From: Verrucomicrobiales bacterium
GTDB taxonomy: Bacteria; Verrucomicrobiota; Verrucomicrobiia; Verrucomicrobiales; V1-33
Assembly (NCBI GenBank): GCA_031411295.1
Contig: JANOAV010000028.1
Span: 37,384 to 101,383 of the forward strand
Reading direction: 5' to 3'
Length of the DNA stretch: 64,000 nt
In this document: piece by piece, positions 48,951-59,351 of the stretch
How the letters are laid out: the number at the start of each line of letters is the position of its first letter
How positions within the stretch are numbered: the stretch's first letter is position 1
Position numbers and translations under genes: made by a program
The notes under the pieces: generated by a model
Databases searched by the model: none
What the model saw: only the letters and a program-made list of their open reading frames with translations
What the model was told of the DNA's origin: nothing

Positions 48951-51900
48951 ATGTCCGACCAGAATTCGCCTGACTACGATCCCGACCCGCCGCCCACCGA
49001 AGCAGAAGCTGCGGCAGAGCAAGCATCCTTCTTCACCTCCCCGGGGCGAGGATGGTGGTCCCGCTTGAAGCGACTGGCTGGTGCCAAAGAGCGGATGCGC
49101 CTGCTGCCAGTGTTGATTAAGGTCTATGCCGGCTTCAGCAAGAAGGGCGGATTGGTGGCGGAGGAGGAAATTGAATCCAGCCTGGGTTTCCTGCGGTATG
49201 ACTACCCGGAGGCGATGTATTCCCAGCTCCAGGAAATGTATCGCGTGGCGTTGCGGGAGCCGCAGGACTTGAATCAAGTGGCGCAGGAACTAGCCACGCA
49301 GCTCAGCGTGGAGGCGAAGATCCTGCTGGCGGTGCAGGTCTATTTGCTGATTTCCCATAACAAGATTCAAGGCAAGGAAGTGACGGCGTTTCATCGCTTC
49401 ATGACCAGCTTGGGCGTGGCGCACGAAGCCCAGGGCATCGTGCATCAATTGACGCCCAACGAGGAGTTGCCAGCGGAAGAAGGCATGGCCACCCCGCTGC
49501 TGGCCGCCCTGCCGGACTTTGCCGAGGTGCTGGAAACCTTGGAAATCCGGCCCACGGAGCCCGCCGATCTTACCCTAGAAATACTGGGGCCATGCTATGG
49601 CGTTAGTGTCTTTCGCTATCGCGGACTAATGCTCTTAAAGAACACCGGCCAGGCGATTGTGATTGCGCGGGGGCACCAACTGCGCCCGGGACAATTCCTG
49701 CGCCTCTACGAAGGCCAGCGGGTGGTGCTGGGGGATACGGTGTTAGACTATCAAGACTTGGCGTTTTACCTCAATGCCAAGAAGGGCGTTTCCTCCACCC
49801 AACTCTTTCTCAGCCTGGGGAGCACGGATCACCCATTTGTGGAGAAGGTGCGCACAAAATTGAGCGTCCTGCGCCTCCGCTTCGGTCTGCAGGTGGAGGT
49901 CGAAGCACTCCAGGACTGTGCTTTATTGGTGGCGGGAAAACCGCTGCCGAAAGGCAAGAAATTACGGGTCCACTTGTCGGAGAAAATTCAATTTGCGGAT
50001 CGGAGTGAAATTTCCATCAGCGAACTCAAACGTCGCGCCCGGGAACTCGGTGGGCGCTTTGATCTCAATCCCAGCAAGAGCGAATACCTCATCTCCAACA
50101 ATCCGGCCTTGCTCCAGAAGGGGGATATTCTGCTGTCCCCTGCGCTGCGCAGTGAGATCCTCCTGCGGATTCGTTGCGACTACGATAACAAGCGCGGTGA
50201 ACTTGAAGTGCTGCGGGCCGCACGGGTCGTGCTCGTAGATCGGCAACCAGTGAAGGATAAGGCGGTTCTGGAAGACGGGGCCACCATTTTACTGGGCGAG
50301 GGTCAATGCCTGCGCTGTCACTTTGCGGATCGCATCATTGAGGAGGATCGGAATATTATTCGGCAACTGGAAGTGCATAACGTGTCCCATAGCTATGGGA
50401 AGAAGAGTCCGGCCTTGGATGGGGTGACTTTCACCGCCCGACGCGGGGAATTGATCTGCGTGATGGGGCCCAGCGGTTGTGGCAAGAGCAGCTTATTGCG
50501 GGTCTTGGCCGGGCACCAAAAGCCCTTGGCCGGGGGCGTCCAGCTCAACGGTCTGCCGCTCTACGAAAACCTCCACAAGCTGACAGAATACATTTCCTAC
50601 ATCCCGCACGAGGAAGCCTTCGATCCCATGCTGACGGTGGAGGAAAACGTGGCTTTTGCCTCCCAACTCCGCAGTCCTCACCTGGCCCATGCCGACCTGC
50701 ATCGTCGCGTGGAGGCTAAATTGGTGGAACTCGGTCTCTATGAGCGACGCAAGGGATTGGCTGGCACTCCGGAGGAGAAACGCCTCTCGGGAGGGGAACG
50801 CAAACGCCTCAACGTGGGCATGGATATGATCGCTCCGGCGGATATTTTCCTCTTCGACGAGCCCACCTCCGGATTGTCTTCCAAGGACTCCGAGCATGTG
50901 CTGGAAATCATTCGCGGACTCTCCCATAACAAAATCGTTTTTGTCAGTATTCACCAACCGAGTTCCCGGTTGTTTCACTTGTTCCACAAAGCGCTGTTGC
51001 TAGATAAAGGCGGCAAGGTGGTCTTCTATGGCAAGCCGCAGGAAATGCTGGATTACTTCCACAACGCCTGGCAGGACGAGATCGTCAAGCCGTTGGCGGA
51101 CAGCGGTCGTGCCGGAGGAGAGCCCGTCGCGCTGCCCACGGCGGATGTGAATTCCCCTGAGTTTATCTTTGATGTGCTGGAAACGCCGCTGCGTGATCTG
51201 GGGGGCGATGTCATCTTCGAAGAAGATGCCCGCCGGCACACCGCTCCGGCCCGTCGCTTCCCGCCTAACTTCTGGCGGGATCGCTATCAGACGTATTCGC
51301 TCTTCAAAGAGGTCAAAGAGCCCAAGCTCCGCCGCGGCACTGAGACCGGCACGGACCAGATCGCCCCAGCCACAATCGATTCCCCGCGTCCCGTGCGGGA
51401 TCGGGGCGTGGTGCTTAGCGTGATGTTGAAACGGGCCTTTCTCAGCAAATTCCGCAATCGCAGCAATCTGGCCACCACGCTGCTGGAGGCCCCCATGCTG
51501 GCCATCTTGATTTCCTATGTGCTGCGGTTTGCGGAGGATGGGCAATATACTTTTGCGGCGGCCTTCCACGTTCCAACCTATCTTTTCCTAACGCTGGTCG
51601 TGGGCATGTTCCTCGGCCTTAGTAACAGCGCGGACGAGATCATCCGGGATCGCATTCTGCTGCAACGCGAGCGCAATTATAATCGCAACGTGGGTGGATA
51701 TGTCCTTTCGAAATTCCTGGCGTTGGCGGCGGTCTCCCTGGTGCAGGACGTGATTTATCTGGCCATTGGCAATAGCATCCTGGAGGTGAGGGACATGTTC
51801 CCGATTTACCTTGGCTGGATGTTCCTCACGTCCATTTGTGGCGTGGCCACTGGGCTGTTAATCTCCAGCCTGGTGCGGGATGGCAAGACCGCCATCAACA

Positions 51901-52607
51901 TTATCCCACTGTTACTCATCCCCCAGATCATTCTCGGCGGAGCGCTGATTAAATATGAGGAAATGAATCGGAATCTGGACTTTGTTTACAGCATCCGCCG
52001 CTGGATCGCACCCGATCAAATCCGGGATAAGGAACCGAGCAAACTGCGCGTGCCCATCATTTGTGAGTTCATGCCGCTGCGCTGGGTCTATGAAGGACTT
52101 GTGCTAGCGCAATATAAGGAGAACCCTTATGATTCTGCACAAAATGAAATCGATGATCGGATCCACGAACTGAGCGGCAAGATCACCCTCACCGCAGACG
52201 AGGAAAAGCAGTTAACCCAACTCAAGGAAGCCCTGGCGTTCGTCTCTGGCCTGGAAGAACGGTCGCCAGATGCAGTGAAACGTCGTTTGGATCGCATCAT
52301 GGACGACGTGACCCAGGGAATCTTCGACGCAGAAAAGCATCGGCCAAAGAACCTCGACGTGAGCGTGAGTGCTGAAGAAATCTACCAAAACAAGAAAATT
52401 TCCGATCTCGTTCATAATGCTGAGTTTGAGCGCACGGACGTGCGCAACAAAGGACAAAAGCCCAACGTCTTCTTCGGCACTCGGAAACACTATCTGGGCG
52501 GGGACCATAATACCATGATTGCCGATGCCATGGTCATCATGGTCTTTGTGATCGGTCCGCTCCTCCTGGTCTATGTGGCGCTGCGCAAGCAGTTACGCAG
52601 GGTGTGA
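48951..52607 (+). CDS. Fused ABC exporter (ABCG-like NBD-TMD) with TerB-like and FHA-like N-terminal domains
   Basis: GPSGCGKS, LSGGERKR, DEPTSGL, SIHQP; ABC2 membrane domain. Confidence 0.9.
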   Translation: MSDQNSPDYDPDPPPTEAEAAAEQASFFTSPGRGWWSRLKRLAGAKERMRLLPVLIKVYAGFSKKGGLVAEEEIESSLGFLRYDYPEAMYSQLQEMYRVALREPQDLNQVAQELATQLSVEAKILLAVQVYLLISHNKIQGKEVTAFHRFMTSLGVAHEAQGIVHQLTPNEELPAEEGMATPLLAALPDFAEVLETLEIRPTEPADLTLEILGPCYGVSVFRYRGLMLLKNTGQAIVIARGHQLRPGQFLRLYEGQRVVLGDTVLDYQDLAFYLNAKKGVSSTQLFLSLGSTDHPFVEKVRTKLSVLRLRFGLQVEVEALQDCALLVAGKPLPKGKKLRVHLSEKIQFADRSEISISELKRRARELGGRFDLNPSKSEYLISNNPALLQKGDILLSPALRSEILLRIRCDYDNKRGELEVLRAARVVLVDRQPVKDKAVLEDGATILLGEGQCLRCHFADRIIEEDRNIIRQLEVHNVSHSYGKKSPALDGVTFTARRGELICVMGPSGCGKSSLLRVLAGHQKPLAGGVQLNGLPLYENLHKLTEYISYIPHEEAFDPMLTVEENVAFASQLRSPHLAHADLHRRVEAKLVELGLYERRKGLAGTPEEKRLSGGERKRLNVGMDMIAPADIFLFDEPTSGLSSKDSEHVLEIIRGLSHNKIVFVSIHQPSSRLFHLFHKALLLDKGGKVVFYGKPQEMLDYFHNAWQDEIVKPLADSGRAGGEPVALPTADVNSPEFIFDVLETPLRDLGGDVIFEEDARRHTAPARRFPPNFWRDRYQTYSLFKEVKEPKLRRGTETGTDQIAPATIDSPRPVRDRGVVLSVMLKRAFLSKFRNRSNLATTLLEAPMLAILISYVLRFAEDGQYTFAAAFHVPTYLFLTLVVGMFLGLSNSADEIIRDRILLQRERNYNRNVGGYVLSKFLALAAVSLVQDVIYLAIGNSILEVRDMFPIYLGWMFLTSICGVATGLLISSLVRDGKTAINIIPLLLIPQIILGGALIKYEEMNRNLDFVYSIRRWIAPDQIRDKEPSKLRVPIICEFMPLRWVYEGLVLAQYKENPYDSAQNEIDDRIHELSGKITLTADEEKQLTQLKEALAFVSGLEERSPDAVKRRLDRIMDDVTQGIFDAEKHRPKNLDVSVSAEEIYQNKKISDLVHNAEFERTDVRNKGQKPNVFFGTRKHYLGGDHNTMIADAMVIMVFVIGPLLLVYVALRKQLRRV

Positions 52608-52680
52608 GGTGGCAGCCTTCCGTTTTTCGCTCCGTTCATCGCGCTGAAAGGCGAAGTTCGTGCTTTACGCTGGGAGGATC

Positions 52681-53439
52681 ATGGGCAACTTGCACGCAGT
52701 GCCCCCCGAGATATTACTAGTCATCCCTTGTTACCGTGAACGTGAACGGCTCCCCCGCTTTCTCCCCCGTTTGGTGGAGACGCTGACGCGGAGTCGTCTG
52801 CCTGTGCAAATTCAGGTGGTGGACGATGGTTCGGGCGAGGAACATCAGGCATGGTTGAAGTTATATATCGGAGACCTGAGTCGTCGCTTTCCCTCGTTGT
52901 TGCCGCCGCTGTGCGCTCCGGCTAACCAAGGTAAGGGAGGTGCGGTTTACGCTGGCTGGCGCAGTGCCGGTGCCGAGTATGGTTGGTTGGCTTTTGTGGA
53001 CGCCGATGGGGCCATTTCCCCTGAAGAAATCGTCCGGCTATTGCGCAGCCTGCCCAAAGAATCCGGCAAGGCGGTCTATGCGGTGCGGACCGGGGGCGAC
53101 AATACCACGGTCCGCCGAGTCTTTAAACGAAAGCTTTCGGGCAGCGTGTTTCGCTCGTTGGTTAAGAAACTCTTCGGTTTTCCGGTGCCAGATACGCAGT
53201 GCGGTTTCAAAATCATTCCGCGCAACGTTTTCGTGCAAATTGAGCCTACCCTATTGGAAACAGCCTTCTGTTTCGACGTCGAGCTGACGTATCGTTTGCT
53301 GGAAGCAGGAACCACGATTGAGTCGGTGCCGATTAACTGGGAGGAGAGCCCGGGCACTCGCCTGGGGGCTCAAAGTGTGGGGGCCATGTTGCGGAGTGTC
53401 CTGAGCCTGCGTCGTCGCTTGGGCGCTTGGGGCAAATAA
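52681..53439 (+). CDS. Glycosyltransferase family 2 (polyprenol-phosphate glycosyltransferase-like)
   Basis: IPCY, VDDGS, NQGKGGA, DAD, DTQCGFK, FDVE. Confidence 0.92.
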   Translation: MGNLHAVPPEILLVIPCYRERERLPRFLPRLVETLTRSRLPVQIQVVDDGSGEEHQAWLKLYIGDLSRRFPSLLPPLCAPANQGKGGAVYAGWRSAGAEYGWLAFVDADGAISPEEIVRLLRSLPKESGKAVYAVRTGGDNTTVRRVFKRKLSGSVFRSLVKKLFGFPVPDTQCGFKIIPRNVFVQIEPTLLETAFCFDVELTYRLLEAGTTIESVPINWEESPGTRLGAQSVGAMLRSVLSLRRRLGAWGK

Positions 53440-53470
53440 GTTGGGGCTGGGAACAATGGAGCAATCGCAG

Positions 53471-53503
53471 CCACCCTTGATTGGTTAGCATAATCAAGGG
53501 CGG
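53471..53503. terminator. Hairpin between convergent genes
   Basis: CCCTTGATT...AATCAAGGG. Confidence 0.4.
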
Positions 53504-53529
53504 GGTTGGGTTGAGAAATTCCATCCAGC

Positions 53530-54024
53530 TCAGGAACTCGTCTCCAACAAAATAGGAGATCCCAACTCCACCATGCCGCTCTCCAAGACCTGAGCATAGA
53601 TGCCGCCAGAGTGCGCAAAGCCCCGCAGAATGGCCTGCGTGCCCAATAGCCTGCCCAAATGTGTGCATGGCGGGCAGAGCCGAACCCCAAGCAGCAACGC
53701 CCCGCCAACCCGAAACCTCCGACCAACGAACCCCGGTAAATCGACCCCGCGAGTGAGAAAATTTCTCCGCATGTCCGCGCCCGTCACGGCCACGGAATCA
53801 GCCTCTTCACATGACGCGTAAGCCGCAATTGCCTCCTCGCTAATCAACGTGATCTCTCGAATTCCCTCCCGCTCGGAGAACGTGCCCTGCCCCATGGCAT
53901 AGCGGTCTCCTTGCAGCCCAGTTCCAGCCACAATCTCCGCCTGCGTTAGGCTTTCCATCGGCCCCGCCGCAGTGCTGGCGCGAAAGATACCGGTGAGCTT
54001 AGCGATATTGGCAGTGTTATCCAT
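53530..54024 (-). CDS. MOSC domain protein
   Basis: GLQGDRY, RRNFL, CPPC. Confidence 0.9.
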   Translation of the reverse strand: MDNTANIAKLTGIFRASTAAGPMESLTQAEIVAGTGLQGDRYAMGQGTFSEREGIREITLISEEAIAAYASCEEADSVAVTGADMRRNFLTRGVDLPGFVGRRFRVGGALLLGVRLCPPCTHLGRLLGTQAILRGFAHSGGIYAQVLESGMVELGSPILLETSS

Positions 54025-54083
54025 GTTGACAAGTCTCCTGTAAGTTTTGAGAAAGTTCGAGTTGGTTGAGCCATTGAATCCAT

Positions 54084-54191
54084 TCAGCAGGAGGCTCTGA
54101 GTTCCAATTGTTCCTCAGAATTAATATCCATCACCCGAATCGTAGTTCGTCCTTCGGCCGTCTTACCTATCAAAAATATTCCGTCCGTCAT
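54084..54191 (-). pseudogene. Internally deleted HNH endonuclease remnant
   Basis: MTDGIFLIGKTAEGRTTIRVMDINSEEQLELRASC; ATGA overlap with the upstream gene. Confidence 0.6.
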
Positions 54192-54445
54192 GAGGCGGCT
54201 AGTGATTGCATCCGACGGGCTTGACGTCGCAAGGTGGCTGCAAATTTATTTGCCCGCACATACCCTTCGTATTCCGCACGCTCATCATCGCTGAGTTCAC
54301 CTTCGGTTGACTTGGATGCCAACAAATCAATTCGTTGCTTCAGGGCTTCATCCGGTTGAATCGAAAGCACGGCCGCCTCTTTGCCCGTCAGCAAAAGTTT
54401 TAACAGCGGGGCGACCCCATGTTGGAACGCGGATTGTGTGCTCAT
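54188..54445 (-). CDS. Small antitoxin-like protein
   Basis: RIDLLASKSTEGELSDDERAEYEGYV, a family I recall usually preceding HNH genes. Confidence 0.75.
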   Translation of the reverse strand: MSTQSAFQHGVAPLLKLLLTGKEAAVLSIQPDEALKQRIDLLASKSTEGELSDDERAEYEGYVRANKFAATLRRQARRMQSLAAS

Positions 54446-54563
54446 GCCTTACTCATACTCCAATCCTGAGCCAAGGGCAAGTTACTTGTCCATGGAGCAG
54501 TGGACGCAGAGGTCACAGTGTCAACCCTCAGTAAATTCTGATGCGTGAGCTTTTACGGGACCA

Positions 54564-57500
54564 CTACCCCTCAGCCCCCACAAACTCCGCTTCCGCAGCC
54601 CGGGCCTCGGCTTCTTCCGCTTCGCGTAACTTGGCTTCAGCGTGGGCGGCTTCGGCGGCCATGGCGGCATCCAGGGAGGCGGCATCAGCTTCGGCTTTCG
54701 CTTTCTCGGTCGAGGTGAGTTTCATGCCCACCGGCTTGCTGACGCCGAATTCCTCCATCGTGACTCCATAGAGCACGTCCGCCCGACGCATGGTGTTCTT
54801 GTTGTGCGTCACGATCACGAACTGGCTCTTGGCGATGAATTTATCCAACATCTTCACGAAGCGATTCACATTGGACTCGTCCAACGGAGCGTCCAACTCA
54901 TCGAGAATACAGAACGGACTTGGCTTCACCATGTAAATGGAGAATAACAGCGCCACGGCCGTCATGGAGCGCTCACCACCGCTCAGCAGCGTGATGCTCT
55001 GCGGCTTCTTGCCGGGCGGTTTGGCGATGATTTCCACGCCGGTTTCCAGGGGATCGTCTTCGCTCATCAGGACCAAGTCCGCATGCGCTGTAGGGCCGAA
55101 GAGTTCCTTGAAGATGCTGCGGAAATTGTCCCTCACCAGATAGAACGTTTCCACGAAACGACGCTTGGACTCGATGTTGATGCGTTGAATGATTTCCAGT
55201 AACTCTACTTTGCCGTTGGTGAGGTCGTCATATTCCTTTTGCAGGAAATTGAAGCGTTCTTCCAGTTCCTCGAACTCCTGAATGGCATCCAGATTTACTG
55301 GGCCCATGGCGTCCAAACGTTGCTTGAGTTCCGTCACGATGCTCTCCACGAATTCCCAATCCGGGCCTTCTTCAGACAACGCTTGCGCCACAAAGGCTTG
55401 ATCTTCATCCTCGTCATCATGACGAATAATCACCATTCCAGCGTCAGAATCATCGGAGATATCGCTTTCGTCCTTTGAGTCGCTTTCGTCCCTTCTGTCC
55501 TGCTCCGCCCGCACCTTCTTAACGCCAACGCCCTGCAGGGACTTCTGGTGACTGATGGATGTCAGCAACGCATGCACATCCACTTCGAAGGTATCCAGAC
55601 TAATGCGGTAGCGCTCCTGGGCATACGTTGTGAGGCTTTCCATGCGCAGACTGAGCTGCGTTACGCGCACTTCTTCCGAGCCACGTTGTTCGGCAATCTT
55701 CGATACTTGGCGACGAATCCCGTTGAGCATCGTTTCGCTGGCAGCCAATTGCTGAGCGCGCTCGGCACGCTCTGCCGCCCGTGATTCCAGCACTTGATTG
55801 AGTTCCTCAATCTGTGCTTCGCCTTCAGCAATGCCGCGCGTCATGTGCTCGGATTCTTCTTCGGCGGAAGCGATTTTCTCCCGGAAACTTTCCACTTCGC
55901 GACGACGTTTCGCCAGCGCTTCTTCCAGTTCGCGCAACCGATTCTGCATCGGCACGCGTTGTTCTTGCAGCGCCTGGCGCGTCCGCAAATCAACCGCCAC
56001 AGCCGTCTTCAGCTCGTTGAGTCGATCCATCGCTTCCTGCTCATCGCGACGCTTGATTTCCAATTCCTCCACCATTTCCGAGGCGGACATGCGACGGCCT
56101 TCGAGTTCTTCTTCCGCCCGGGCGCGACGTGAACTGGCTTCCTCCATCTTGCGCATCAATGCTTCCTGACGTTTCATCAGTTCGCCCAGTTCCCATTCCA
56201 CACTTTCCACTTTGCTGGCAAATTGCGCCACTTCCCGCTGCAGGAGCGAGTGCTGGCCACTCAGCGTGGATTCAGCCACCCGACGCACTTGCAGCAATTC
56301 GCGTTGCTCTTCGGCCTGGCTGCGGGACGTGCGTTGACGCTCCATCAGCGCATCGCGATCCGCTTCCGCTTGTTCCAGGAGTTGTTGCAGCGCGGCCACT
56401 TCTGTTTCCAGCCCAGCCAGTTCTGCCTGACGTTGTAAAATGGAACCGGACTGCTCCTGGCCCGCCCCACCGCGGATCGTTCCTTCAGCGGAAATGTATT
56501 CGCCCTGCACGGTGGCAAATGCCACGTCCGCAAAGTCCTGCTTCAACCGAATTGCAGTCGCCAGATCCGGCACCAAGCAGACGTTCGCCAACAGTTGATT
56601 AATGGCCGGACGCACGGCTTCCTTCACGCGGATGCGATCCAGCGCCCAAGCAATGGCACCTTCTGGCAGCGTCTGCATTTGCGTGCCAGTGCTGCGGTTC
56701 AGTCTATTTTGCGGCAGCAACACTACTGAGCCTAACTTCTCGCTCGTCAGCGTTTCAATGATGTTTTGCGCCAGGGCTGTATCCTCCACCAGAATGGCCT
56801 GCAAATGCCCGCCCATGGCCGCTTCGATGGCGGGGATCAACTCCTCATGCGTCACTTCCAAGTAGTTGCTCAGCAAGCCATGCGCGCCCTGCGCAAACTG
56901 CGCCAAGCCTCCTTTGCCTTGCAAGACCGCCTGCGTGCCCTTCTCCAAACCTTCGCCACCGCTGATCAATTGCCGCAGCACTGACAGCTTCGATTCCTTT
57001 TCACTGAAGGCGCGGTGTTGATCACGGATTTGCCGCTGCGCCACTTCCAGTTGGGCTTCCAACTCTTGGGATTCGCGCTCACGCTGAGCTAGTTCCACCT
57101 GTAATGATTCCAATTCCTGCGTGAGTTCATCCACGCGTGATTTCACACTAGCCTCTTCTTCCGCCTTGCCAGCACGATCCGCTTGGAGCTGATCCAACTC
57201 ACGTTGCAGTTGCTCCTGACGTTGTTGATCGGTGCTAGACTGCACGCGATGACTTCCCATTTCCGCCTCGGCGGAAATGATCACGCCCTCTGCAGTGTGC
57301 ATTGCTTGGCGCGCTTCCTGCAGGCCGCGTTCCAGTTGCGCCCGGCCTTCGCGCAACTCCTGCGCCACCCGATTATGCTGCTCCATGTCCGTCTTCTTTT
57401 GCTCCAACTGACCTTCCATCGCGGCCAGTTCTTCGCCACTGCGCTGCAGGTCGGCCTCGGCTTCGAAATACCGTTCCTGGCCCAGGGAAATTTCCATTTC

Positions 57501-58463
57501 GTTCTGTTCCGTCATCCCCTGCCACTCACGCATCCGCTCGCCATTCGTCACAATGCGATGGTTAGCCGCTGCGATCTGTCCCTGCGTCTGCTGCATCTGA
57601 TGACGCAGCGATCCGAGGTAAGCTTCCATTTCGCTCAGTTCCGTGCGGGCTTGCAGCAGGCCGTTTTCTTCCTTCTCCAACTCCGCTTCCATATCCGCTG
57701 CCCGCAGGCGCAGACTGCTCACCGAGGTGTCCAGTTCGGCCTTCTCGGTCGCCATCTCGGAGTATTTCTTAAAGTGGAAATGGGTGTCTAACACGACCAC
57801 ATCCCGATGCAGTTCCTGATAGCGCTTGGCCTTGCCAGCCTGACGTTGCGCGCTACCCATCTGGCGTTTCATTTCCGACAGGATGTCCGTCACCCGCAGC
57901 AGATTCGCCTCGGTGTATTCCAGCTTCCGCATCGCTTCCTTCTTCTCGGCCTTGGATTTCGTGATCCCCGCCGCTTCTTCGAACACTTGCCGCCGATCCT
58001 CCGGCTTGGCGCTCAGGAGCATGTCGATCTTACCCTGCTCCATGATGGAATACATGTTCCGACCCACGCCCGTGTCCATGAACAACCGCGCAATGTCCTT
58101 CATCCGACACGCCTGGCCGTTGAGTTCATACTCGCCCTTGCCATCACGGAAGACGCGACGCGAAATGGAAACTTCATTGTAGTCCACGCCCAGAAATTGC
58201 TCACAATCATCGAACGTCAGCGTGACCTCCGCCATGGCATGCGGCCGACGTTTGTCCGTCCCATTGAAAATAACATCCGCCATCTCCCCACCGCGCAACG
58301 CCTTGGCGGAAGTCTCCCCCAACACCCAGCGCACGGCATCCACCACATTAGATTTCCCGCAACCATTCGGCCCCACAATCCCCGTCACCCCTTGGTGGAA
58401 TTCAATCAGGGTCTTGTCGGCAAACGATTTGAAGCCGTGAATCATTAGCGATTTAAGTCTCAT
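54564..58463 (-). CDS. smc: Chromosome segregation protein SMC
   Basis: GFKSF, GPNGCGKSN, coiled coils, hinge, LSGGE, LDELDAPLD. Confidence 0.97.
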   Translation of the reverse strand: MRLKSLMIHGFKSFADKTLIEFHQGVTGIVGPNGCGKSNVVDAVRWVLGETSAKALRGGEMADVIFNGTDKRRPHAMAEVTLTFDDCEQFLGVDYNEVSISRRVFRDGKGEYELNGQACRMKDIARLFMDTGVGRNMYSIMEQGKIDMLLSAKPEDRRQVFEEAAGITKSKAEKKEAMRKLEYTEANLLRVTDILSEMKRQMGSAQRQAGKAKRYQELHRDVVVLDTHFHFKKYSEMATEKAELDTSVSSLRLRAADMEAELEKEENGLLQARTELSEMEAYLGSLRHQMQQTQGQIAAANHRIVTNGERMREWQGMTEQNEMEISLGQERYFEAEADLQRSGEELAAMEGQLEQKKTDMEQHNRVAQELREGRAQLERGLQEARQAMHTAEGVIISAEAEMGSHRVQSSTDQQRQEQLQRELDQLQADRAGKAEEEASVKSRVDELTQELESLQVELAQRERESQELEAQLEVAQRQIRDQHRAFSEKESKLSVLRQLISGGEGLEKGTQAVLQGKGGLAQFAQGAHGLLSNYLEVTHEELIPAIEAAMGGHLQAILVEDTALAQNIIETLTSEKLGSVVLLPQNRLNRSTGTQMQTLPEGAIAWALDRIRVKEAVRPAINQLLANVCLVPDLATAIRLKQDFADVAFATVQGEYISAEGTIRGGAGQEQSGSILQRQAELAGLETEVAALQQLLEQAEADRDALMERQRTSRSQAEEQRELLQVRRVAESTLSGQHSLLQREVAQFASKVESVEWELGELMKRQEALMRKMEEASSRRARAEEELEGRRMSASEMVEELEIKRRDEQEAMDRLNELKTAVAVDLRTRQALQEQRVPMQNRLRELEEALAKRRREVESFREKIASAEEESEHMTRGIAEGEAQIEELNQVLESRAAERAERAQQLAASETMLNGIRRQVSKIAEQRGSEEVRVTQLSLRMESLTTYAQERYRISLDTFEVDVHALLTSISHQKSLQGVGVKKVRAEQDRRDESDSKDESDISDDSDAGMVIIRHDDEDEDQAFVAQALSEEGPDWEFVESIVTELKQRLDAMGPVNLDAIQEFEELEERFNFLQKEYDDLTNGKVELLEIIQRINIESKRRFVETFYLVRDNFRSIFKELFGPTAHADLVLMSEDDPLETGVEIIAKPPGKKPQSITLLSGGERSMTAVALLFSIYMVKPSPFCILDELDAPLDESNVNRFVKMLDKFIAKSQFVIVTHNKNTMRRADVLYGVTMEEFGVSKPVGMKLTSTEKAKAEADAASLDAAMAAEAAHAEAKLREAEEAEARAAEAEFVGAEG

Positions 58464-58625
58464 GGGGCGGGATAGTGAGTAGGAAAGTAAGAGAGTAAGA
58501 AAATGGGAAAATGAGGAGCCGCAGAGGCCGACTTGGGAGACCTGAACCGAGAAACACCGGATCGGGCGGGAAAGTTTAAGGATTATGGTTCAGATTTGGA
58601 TTTCGACAAGAATTATTCTGCGCCA

Positions 58626-58672
58626 CCACAAGATATAGTGGAGAAAACCTTATTCACCGCAAAATATAGGAT
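58626..58672. promoter_or_regulatory. Tandem NrdR-like boxes
   Basis: CCACAAGATATAGTGG (58626-58641) and CCGCAAAATATAGGAT (58657-58672), 31-bp period. Confidence 0.65.
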
Positions 58673-58768
58673 TCTTGACTCATGGAGATAGTTAAGAATT
58701 CTAAAATATTTTACACTTTTCAGAATAGTTGTGGTAGAATTGGGAAATAAATTTCACTGAGCAAGCCC

Positions 58769-59311
58769 ATGGAAAGCACCCGCATTCATCATTTTTCAAA
58801 CACCTACCCGCCCACCCGAAAGCACAAAGTCCGGCATCAGGCCCAAGCCAAGCCGCACCCGAGCCCCCCTTTCTCTGGAGCAGGGAAATCCGGAAAGCGA
58901 ATCCTCTGGCTAGCCGCCCTCTGCTTTTGCCTGCCCGTCGTCGGCCCCATCGCAGCGCTGCTGGGATCGTATATCTTGGGGATCATCCTGTTGATATTAG
59001 GAATCGTAACACTTTGTCAGGGAGCAACCCGCCAGGGATTATTCGTCATTTTCGGGAGTTTGGTCCTGCTCCCCATCTGCTTCTGCGTCGGCGTTTACAC
59101 CACCCTGCTAGTAACCCACCACCCTCCCAAAAACATCAAATGGCAGGTCCCAGGCCTAACAGCCTACGCCAAAACCAACTCCCCACCCGAGCACGAAACA
59201 TTTCCTAGCACCAGAATAGCAGAAAAAGCCAAGGCTGCCACAAAGCCCAATTTCAAGGCAACGAAACTTAGCCAAGCACGGAACTCCGTTGTTTCTCAGA
59301 GGAGGGAGTGA
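58769..59311 (+). CDS. Hypothetical membrane protein
   Basis: About three hydrophobic segments. Confidence 0.6.
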   Translation: MESTRIHHFSNTYPPTRKHKVRHQAQAKPHPSPPFSGAGKSGKRILWLAALCFCLPVVGPIAALLGSYILGIILLILGIVTLCQGATRQGLFVIFGSLVLLPICFCVGVYTTLLVTHHPPKNIKWQVPGLTAYAKTNSPPEHETFPSTRIAEKAKAATKPNFKATKLSQARNSVVSQRRE

Positions 59312-59351
59312 TGAATGCCGCGGTAAGTCCTCTCTGACTTTTACATACGCC

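Noticed and set aside
54564..58463. SMC as part of a Wadjet/Mks defence system
   Set aside because: Canonical hinge-containing Smc with no jet/mks partners adjacent.
58476..58518. Short purine-rich octamer-like repeats upstream of smc
   Set aside because: Degenerate low-complexity sequence with no supportable function.
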